A stretch of 64,000 nt of DNA from NCBI GenBank assembly GCA_018780035.1, contig JADMKE010000003.1:338753-402752 (forward strand), in the 5' to 3' direction. Source of the stretch: Candidatus Sericytochromatia bacterium (GTDB taxonomy: Bacteria > Cyanobacteriota > Sericytochromatia > UBA7694). This document shows, one piece after another, positions 57,645 to 64,000 of the stretch. The position numbers were made by a program, and so were the translations under genes. The stretch's first letter is position 1. Every line of letters starts with the position of its first letter. The notes under the pieces were generated by a model, which worked only from the letters and a program-made list of their open reading frames with translations, did not search any database and had not been told where the DNA came from.

Positions 57645-60600
57645 TTGTACTCAATCCAGCAAGGAGACGCACAAATGTGGCATTCTTGGTCTAAATTGGG
57701 ACTTGGGTTGGGATTGTTGGGGACCTTTGGACTCATCCACGGGCCAGCGATAGGGGGTGAAAAAATGCCAACTCCCAAACAGGGGCTAGCAGATTCAACG
57801 ACTTTTAACATGAAATCACTTAAAAACTGGATCGACCAAGCTATAAAAGCCCCGCCTGAAAAACGTCAACTCCTGATCCAAACCCAGCGAGAACTGGCTT
57901 ATCAGGCACTCTGGTTGGCTCTCTTTGACCAATTGTCGGCCAAGCTTTACCACCATCAGGCTTGGTATAGCCAAACAGAAATTTGGCCATTGCTGGTTGC
58001 TATAAAGGATCCGGTCTTGGATTTGATGGCTAGAGGATTGTTTCACTGGCCCGATCTCGCTTTGATCGATTCTCAACTCATGCAAGCCCGTACCCAATTT
58101 GAGGCAGATATACCGGCTCTCATTTGGCATTGGTTTGAGAGTTATTCCGTTTCAGAGCAACTTGATCTGATGGGAAAATTGATTCAACCAGACAGAGGCG
58201 GACTTTTGGGCTTTTTTTACTTTATGTCACGACCAGAAAGCCAAGATTATCCTGAATTTGCATCCGTCCTGGCATTGCCACTTCCCCGGTATTTTGAACT
58301 CAGTCTGGATTTAAGGCACAACGATGATTCGCCAGAAAAAAAACAAGAACAACGCAAACAGGTGCAAACCCTTTTGGAACAGGCAAAAGACTTGGAACAC
58401 CCTGCCCTGCAAATTCTGGTCCTGCAATTGTCCGCAGAAATAGCGCTTCAGGACCATCAAACGGAATTGGCTGAGAGTCAATTTGCGCAGGCTTTAACTA
58501 TCGCTCAGCGCCATCATCTGACTTTTTTAGAGGCACGAATCCGCTTGGGACATGGGACTTCAGATCGGTCTCTGGAACTCTCTCGCTTTACCCCTATTGA
58601 GGATATACCCAGAATTGAAAAAGCCTTGTCTGCAAATTCTGCTGCACTGACTGAATTTAAGCGCTATCTCGCCCAATGGTTCTGGCAGATGGGGGAAGTC
58701 GAAAAAGCCCAGCAAGGGTTTTTAAGCTTGCTCTCTGCCGACACCCCAGAACCAACCTTGGGATTGGTCTTAGACAGTATCGAGCGGGGAGAAGGTCGCT
58801 TCTTATTAGGCCCGATCGAAGAGCTGATGAAACGCTCAGAATCTGGTTTTAAAGCCAAATTGGCCAAGGTCTGGTTACACCTGAAATACCCCAAAACTGA
58901 GGTGATTGTAAATGGTGAACCCAAATGGCCCCCAAATATAGATTATTCACCCTTTTTAAACCAACTCAAACAAGGGAATAATCAGCTCAAAGCGGCTTTG
59001 TTGAGTGCCGTTGAAAATCGCCCATTTTTGTATTCGCCGCCTGAAATCAAGGGAATCATACACAACTTATTACAAGACCCACAGATCCGGCCCCACATTG
59101 ACACTGTTTTTCTCAATATTCCCACTGAACTCTTCCGTGCAGAGATTTTGCCTTCAGTCCAAGACCCAGACCCGCGTGTGGTCAAAGCAATACTTGCACT
59201 TTGGCCCTACCGGGTTCAGGCAGAAGATTTTGAGCTGTTAACACGATTGAGCCAAGCAGCTGATTCAGCCATCCAAGCGGAGGCATTTAACACCTTGGGA
59301 CATCTTCAGTCACCCGGGGTTTTGCCTTATTTAAGGGCACGTCTAAAACAGGCCGATGCCAAACAACAACAGTCCATTTTCGATGCCTTGGCCCAATTGG
59401 GCGATTGGCAAACGGTTTTAGAATTTCAACATTCAGCACACTATACAGACGACATGCTCAAAAAGGCATTGAACCAACGACAAAACCGAAATACCTCGCT
59501 GACATCCTCTGAGTTAATCAGCCTGGAAAAGGCCTTTGAAACACAATCAGGTTCAATTATTCAGGCATTAATTACAGAACTCTTTGAAACCCCTGACTTT
59601 CCACTTTCCCGGTTTTTGCCTCAACTCAAGCGCCTCAAACAAGAACCAATCCCAGAATTGCGCGAGATGTCCTTGCAGTATATTTTGCAAATCATTCCCG
59701 CAGGGGCAATCAAAGAATTGCTTTTGCACGATGCATTGAGAGATACCAGCCCCTTGGTTCGTCGCATTGCAGTGCGGGAATTGCCCTGGAATCAGCTGAG
59801 CAAGACCGAATTGGATGCGCTCTTGGCGGATTCAGATCCCTACATTATAGCCCAGCTGTTGGAAACCCTTTCTCCTCCCCTATTGACCCTCGACTTGATT
59901 GAAAAAGGGCTCTCATCTGAATCGAAAGATACCCACCAAATCGCTTGGCGCGCAGTCAAGCGCTTGAATCAAAATCAAGTGCCTGCATTTTTGCAAAATC
60001 AGCTCAACGCGACTCAGGATATCCAGCGTCGCCGCCAAGCGCTGGATCAGATGAATCAAATTTTGACTTTAAACCAAGGCCAAATACTCTTGCCTTTGTT
60101 GGATGACCCAGACCCGGAAATTCAGGCCTTGGCCATTTCGGGACTCTTACGCACCCAAACAGCTGTGCCCGAAGCCCGTTTGCAAGAACTCTTAAAAACG
60201 GCCTCTCCACTGGTCCAAGTCAAAATCTTGCACTGGATTCAAGCCCGCGGAACCTCAACTTTGATTCCCGCGCTTTTGCAAGCATTGGATCTCAAACAGA
60301 TTATTCCCTATCCCACAGTGGACAATGAAGAAAATTACAAAACCCTACAAACCAGAATCTATGAGCCCAATTTGAGTTTACAAGCCTTTATCCTCCGCAA
60401 CCTGATGCGCATAGCCCCTGAATCTGTTTTACCGGTCCTGCCTGCCCTGCTAGAATCTCCTGATCCAACGATGCAAAAATGGGCCTTGGAACAGTTTCAA
60501 ACAAATAGAGAAAAAATAAAATTTAGTGAAGAGGCGCTCAACCACCTGAGACAATCCCCCAGTCAAGCAGCCCAATCTGCGTTAAAAAGCTATTTGGCAC

Positions 60601-63062
60601 CCTCTGAAAGTGGTGAAGACAATACAGACTGGCTTGAATCACGCCTGCCAAATCAGCTCGACCTGGCACAATTAAAAGTCATCCTGAAAACATTCACAGC
60701 AGAAGAATGGCTCGACGAATTCAATGACCTCCAAGCCCACCCCGCTTGGGGAGCTGAATTGGCCGTAGAATTGATGGAAACCTATGGCAACGATTTCGAG
60801 ATTCGCGAGACCCTACTCAGAGCTGAGATTTGGAAAAAGAATCCCCTGGCTTTGAATTTTCTGCTGAAATGGTACCCCGAAACAGAAGTTTGGCAACAAC
60901 GAGAAATCTTGCTTCTCTGTGTCCAAAGCCCCTTACCCGAAGCTCAGGCTTTTTTGCTGAGTCAAACCCAACCAGGTATACCTGAACAACGTCAAAGTGA
61001 AGCTATTGGAATGTGTTTGGAAAAAAAATGCCCCGCGTCCCACAATCTGCGCAAAAAAATAGTGAATAACCCCTCAATTTATGCCCCAGAGAGTCTGGCA
61101 CGGGTGCTGGGCTGGCTCAGTCGGCAACACGATCCCGAAACCGACCAAGACATTTTTGCCTTGCTCAAAGATCCACGCCTTGAAAAAAACAGTGGGTATA
61201 TTCCGATCGAAGTCGCCCAGCACCTCGCTTCTGAACGGGATACCCCAACCTTGTTGCAGTGGTTCTCGCAACGGCCTCAACGTCCCTTGAACCAAGACCT
61301 TTTTTATGCCGAGGTGTTGATTCAATTGGCCCAGCGGGATAAATTGCCTGCTCAATTGACCCAGACCTTTTTAGATAAGTCCTTTCCCCTGATCGGAAAT
61401 AGGGGTGAGGGGCAGGATATAACGGGTAAAATTCATGAATTTCTGAGTGCCTGTTATGATTGCCGACTCACAGAGACACAATTCAAAGCCTTATTCGCCG
61501 GGTTTGTGGCACAGGAATATCCCAGTCAAGAATATCTCTTACCTTGGTTAATCGGTGCAGAGCATCGGTTATGGCCCTTGATTCTGAAGGATCTCAAACA
61601 GAGTCAACCCAAGCATCTGAATGGAATTTTGTTTTTGTTGCTTTCGCTTCCCCCTGGCCCGCCTGAACTCTTGACCCTTTTGCAAAAGCTAAGTCCACCC
61701 CCTGAATTAAATTTTCAGCACCAGCTGGCACGCGCCCGGCAAGGCGATTTAAAGGTTTTTCCGCCATTGCTCAAAGAATTGCAAAACCAAGCTTCAAAGA
61801 TCAGGGCCATGGTTTATCAGAATGTGGGCTATATCAACGATCCCCGGATTCCAGCCCTTCTGATCGGGGGAATTTCAGATCAAGGGCAACCCCAAAACGA
61901 TGACGGGGAGCCGGGATTTGTCCCTGCAAGAGAAGCCCTTCAAGGGCTTCAGAACCATTTAAAACGCTATCCCAAACAGATCTCCCAAGCAGAAAATGCC
62001 ATCAAAAAAGCCCCACTAGAAGTACTTGAAAGACTCTTTACTTATCATCCACCCAAACTGCCTTGGGAGGCCTTAAAATCGGGCCTGATTCCGCATTTCG
62101 AAGCCCAGCTCAGCCAAGCGAATTTACAAAATCGTGCCATGGCCATCACTGCGCTGGGTCAATTGGGAGATGTGGATTTGCCCTCGCTTTTGCTCAAAGC
62201 TCCTGCATTTTATTGGAATGAGACAGAAACAAACGATGGGGATTGGAGCCTCAAAAACTACACAGACAATGCCTTGGTCGATTTACTACACCAGAATCCA
62301 GCAGCTGCCATTTTGATGTTAGAAGCACTGTTCAAACAAACCCCTGGATCTGACAAATTCCTGGACAGTCTGACCAGAGGTGATTATATTCTCAAAAAAG
62401 CCGCATTGTTGGGGAAATTTAAAACCTGGCTCTCAACCCAGCCCCCTCAAACATTGGCATTGGGTTTGCAGATCCTCGCCCATTGGGATGATCCCAGTGT
62501 GTTGCCTTTACTCAAAACATACCAAGAACATGCTCAGGCAGAAGTCCAAGCTGCTGCTAACAAAGGGCGTTTATACCACCAAGACCCTGAACTCAAGCAA
62601 ATGCTTGTGCAATCTCTGCAAACAGTTCAAAATCCTGGTTTGGACAAGCATTTAAAAGAACTTGAAGCGTATACCAGTCCTGAGTTGGTTCCCGAATTGG
62701 TAACTTTGTTTCTGCAATTGCTCAAACCGGACTTGTGGATAGCAGAAAATCAACACTTTTTGCGCCGCAATCTCTGGCGAACACTGGATTTATTGTTTAA
62801 AAACGCAGACCGTTCTCTCTTGGCAGAATCACAGATCATCTATACAGCTCTGCAAAAAACAAAACAATCCCGTTCCGTGACTCAGGCAAATTTGGAAGAT
62901 ATTATCGACATGACAATAACAGAATTGGTCAATCATCTCATTCAACAGAATCAGCCAAACCACCTCTCTTATTTGAGAAAGATCCGTGCAGAGGTAGGAT
63001 GGGGTTCACAACACGCTATCAACCGCTATTTTTGGTCTTTGCAAGGGGTTCAACTTCCTTGA
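57645..63062 (+). CDS. Giant secreted HEAT/ARM-repeat protein (1805 aa)
   Basis: N-terminal hydrophobic signal-like segment LGLGLGLLGTFGLIHG. Numerous HEAT-like units (DPDPRVVKAILALWPY, DTSPLVRRIAVREL, DSDPYIIAQLLETL, DPDPEIQALAISGLL, SPDPTMQKWALEQF). Confidence 0.65.
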   Translation: MYSIQQGDAQMWHSWSKLGLGLGLLGTFGLIHGPAIGGEKMPTPKQGLADSTTFNMKSLKNWIDQAIKAPPEKRQLLIQTQRELAYQALWLALFDQLSAKLYHHQAWYSQTEIWPLLVAIKDPVLDLMARGLFHWPDLALIDSQLMQARTQFEADIPALIWHWFESYSVSEQLDLMGKLIQPDRGGLLGFFYFMSRPESQDYPEFASVLALPLPRYFELSLDLRHNDDSPEKKQEQRKQVQTLLEQAKDLEHPALQILVLQLSAEIALQDHQTELAESQFAQALTIAQRHHLTFLEARIRLGHGTSDRSLELSRFTPIEDIPRIEKALSANSAALTEFKRYLAQWFWQMGEVEKAQQGFLSLLSADTPEPTLGLVLDSIERGEGRFLLGPIEELMKRSESGFKAKLAKVWLHLKYPKTEVIVNGEPKWPPNIDYSPFLNQLKQGNNQLKAALLSAVENRPFLYSPPEIKGIIHNLLQDPQIRPHIDTVFLNIPTELFRAEILPSVQDPDPRVVKAILALWPYRVQAEDFELLTRLSQAADSAIQAEAFNTLGHLQSPGVLPYLRARLKQADAKQQQSIFDALAQLGDWQTVLEFQHSAHYTDDMLKKALNQRQNRNTSLTSSELISLEKAFETQSGSIIQALITELFETPDFPLSRFLPQLKRLKQEPIPELREMSLQYILQIIPAGAIKELLLHDALRDTSPLVRRIAVRELPWNQLSKTELDALLADSDPYIIAQLLETLSPPLLTLDLIEKGLSSESKDTHQIAWRAVKRLNQNQVPAFLQNQLNATQDIQRRRQALDQMNQILTLNQGQILLPLLDDPDPEIQALAISGLLRTQTAVPEARLQELLKTASPLVQVKILHWIQARGTSTLIPALLQALDLKQIIPYPTVDNEENYKTLQTRIYEPNLSLQAFILRNLMRIAPESVLPVLPALLESPDPTMQKWALEQFQTNREKIKFSEEALNHLRQSPSQAAQSALKSYLAPSESGEDNTDWLESRLPNQLDLAQLKVILKTFTAEEWLDEFNDLQAHPAWGAELAVELMETYGNDFEIRETLLRAEIWKKNPLALNFLLKWYPETEVWQQREILLLCVQSPLPEAQAFLLSQTQPGIPEQRQSEAIGMCLEKKCPASHNLRKKIVNNPSIYAPESLARVLGWLSRQHDPETDQDIFALLKDPRLEKNSGYIPIEVAQHLASERDTPTLLQWFSQRPQRPLNQDLFYAEVLIQLAQRDKLPAQLTQTFLDKSFPLIGNRGEGQDITGKIHEFLSACYDCRLTETQFKALFAGFVAQEYPSQEYLLPWLIGAEHRLWPLILKDLKQSQPKHLNGILFLLLSLPPGPPELLTLLQKLSPPPELNFQHQLARARQGDLKVFPPLLKELQNQASKIRAMVYQNVGYINDPRIPALLIGGISDQGQPQNDDGEPGFVPAREALQGLQNHLKRYPKQISQAENAIKKAPLEVLERLFTYHPPKLPWEALKSGLIPHFEAQLSQANLQNRAMAITALGQLGDVDLPSLLLKAPAFYWNETETNDGDWSLKNYTDNALVDLLHQNPAAAILMLEALFKQTPGSDKFLDSLTRGDYILKKAALLGKFKTWLSTQPPQTLALGLQILAHWDDPSVLPLLKTYQEHAQAEVQAAANKGRLYHQDPELKQMLVQSLQTVQNPGLDKHLKELEAYTSPELVPELVTLFLQLLKPDLWIAENQHFLRRNLWRTLDLLFKNADRSLLAESQIIYTALQKTKQSRSVTQANLEDIIDMTITELVNHLIQQNQPNHLSYLRKIRAEVGWGSQHAINRYFWSLQGVQLP

Positions 63063-63075
63063 GAAATGAGATTTT

Positions 63076-64000
63076 ATGTTAAAACATTGGGTCCTCTGTG
63101 TCTTGGTTTTATGGGCCGTGCCTGCTTGGACAGAATCTGTCAGCGCGACTGAAATACCTCAACCAAACACAAAATCCCCAGTTTGGAATTTAAAACAGAC
63201 CAAAACCTGGCTGGATAAAGTCATGGTCTCGCCATCGGTCCTTCAGGCCCAGATCCCAACCCACAAGGCCCAGATCAAACAAGCCGCCTGGCTGGCCCTG
63301 ATGGATCAGCTCTCAGCCAAAATGTACCACCACCGCCCATGGTATGCACTTTCGGACGTCAAAAAAATGGTTGAAACATTACAAGAACGCGATCTCGCCT
63401 TGATGCTGGAACTTGTCAATACATGGCCAAACCCATTCATTATCAACCTAAATGATCCATGGTTCAAAACACATTGGCAGGCCATCTGGGAACTGCCCTA
63501 TTGGGCCAATGGCTATGTTGAGATAGAAACTCGGCGGCTCAAAGAATTGCTAAGCCCCTTAGAGCAGAGCTTGGGGGGTTCAATCAGCTACGTTTTAGAA
63601 GAGGTTGAAGGGGCAAAAGAACCCGTTTTACAGGATCAATGGCAAGATCAAAATCTGAGTGAATTGCCACTGCCCCTTTATTTCTCAATTCAATCCCATT
63701 TGAGAAATTTCCAAGATCTTGAGCCCGATGAACAAAATTCAGTTAAATCAGAGATTCAGCAAGCCCATGCCCAAATCCAAAGTTTGGGGCATCCCGCTTG
63801 GCAGATCCTGTTTGCGGGTTTGCTCGCAGAGTTAGAGCAAAAATTGGGCAATCCAGGCCAAGCCCAGACCCGTCTGCAGGCGGCCATTGAGCTTGCTGAC
63901 AAACATGCGTTTTCCTATTTGGCAGGAGTCAGTCAACTACTCGCTTGGAATTTAAAGCCCAATGGCCCCAATACCAAAACAGAAAAAAACCAGATTCAAA
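63076..64000 (+). CDS. Partial paralog of the N-terminal region of the upstream giant HEAT-repeat protein (runs off the window)
   Basis: ATG at 63076 and signal peptide MLKHWVLCVLVLWAVPAWT. AAWLALMDQLSAKMYHHRPWYALSDV aligns with ALWLALFDQLSAKLYHHQAWYSQTEI of the upstream gene. The frame stays open to the window end. Confidence 0.6.
   Translation, partial: MLKHWVLCVLVLWAVPAWTESVSATEIPQPNTKSPVWNLKQTKTWLDKVMVSPSVLQAQIPTHKAQIKQAAWLALMDQLSAKMYHHRPWYALSDVKKMVETLQERDLALMLELVNTWPNPFIINLNDPWFKTHWQAIWELPYWANGYVEIETRRLKELLSPLEQSLGGSISYVLEEVEGAKEPVLQDQWQDQNLSELPLPLYFSIQSHLRNFQDLEPDEQNSVKSEIQQAHAQIQSLGHPAWQILFAGLLAELEQKLGNPGQAQTRLQAAIELADKHAFSYLAGVSQLLAWNLKPNGPNTKTEKNQIQ

Noticed and set aside
1-64000. 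Search for CRISPR arrays, transposases, integrases or phage structural genes
   Set aside because: No direct-repeat/spacer periodicity and no transposase, integrase or phage-like ORFs were recognised anywhere in the window.

Overview
This 64-kb window reads as a chromosomal segment from a moderate-GC bacterium, dense with eukaryote-like repeat proteins (HEAT, ankyrin, Sel1, TPR). I found no transposase, integrase or CRISPR array. All calls rest on motif recognition by eye from the ORF track; no database search was run. From the start of the window, in order: a HEAT-repeat protein; an EVE-domain McrB GTPase fused N-terminally to an EVE domain, with a McrC-like PD-(D/E)xK nuclease (type IV restriction module); a Wzx-like flippase; cvfB; a UvrD/PcrA-type helicase. 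Next comes an unusual 683-aa protein built of three tandem AlkB-like Fe(II)/2OG-oxygenase-like repeats, with an MBL-fold hydrolase beside it. Then an LCM/TcmP-type methyltransferase and a Ser/Thr kinase coupled to a DUF3592 membrane protein. A lipoprotein follows that combines a zincin HExxH site with two Hint/intein-like (BIL) domains, then a lipase-like alpha/beta hydrolase with a disordered N-terminus. A long minus-strand block holds yjcH-actP, a DUF2188 lipoprotein, a translocator-like coiled-coil/TM protein with a TPR chaperone-like partner, a TPR-GT41 (OGT-like) glycosyltransferase, and the kynurenine genes kmo and kynU. After that come a 1670-aa protein with a degenerate P-loop and a C-terminal TPR array, an orphan ECF sigma factor, three consecutive secreted ankyrin/Sel1 proteins, a TolB-like propeller lipoprotein and an SDR. 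Two minus-strand tRNAs follow, tRNA-Cys(GCA) and a tRNA with an atypical anticodon loop. The most notable locus is a tandem BMC-domain (BMC-T-like) shell protein whose stop overlaps the GTG start of class II HMG-CoA reductase, followed by mevalonate kinase and type-2 IPP isomerase. The window ends with a 1805-aa HEAT-repeat giant and the start of a tandem paralog.
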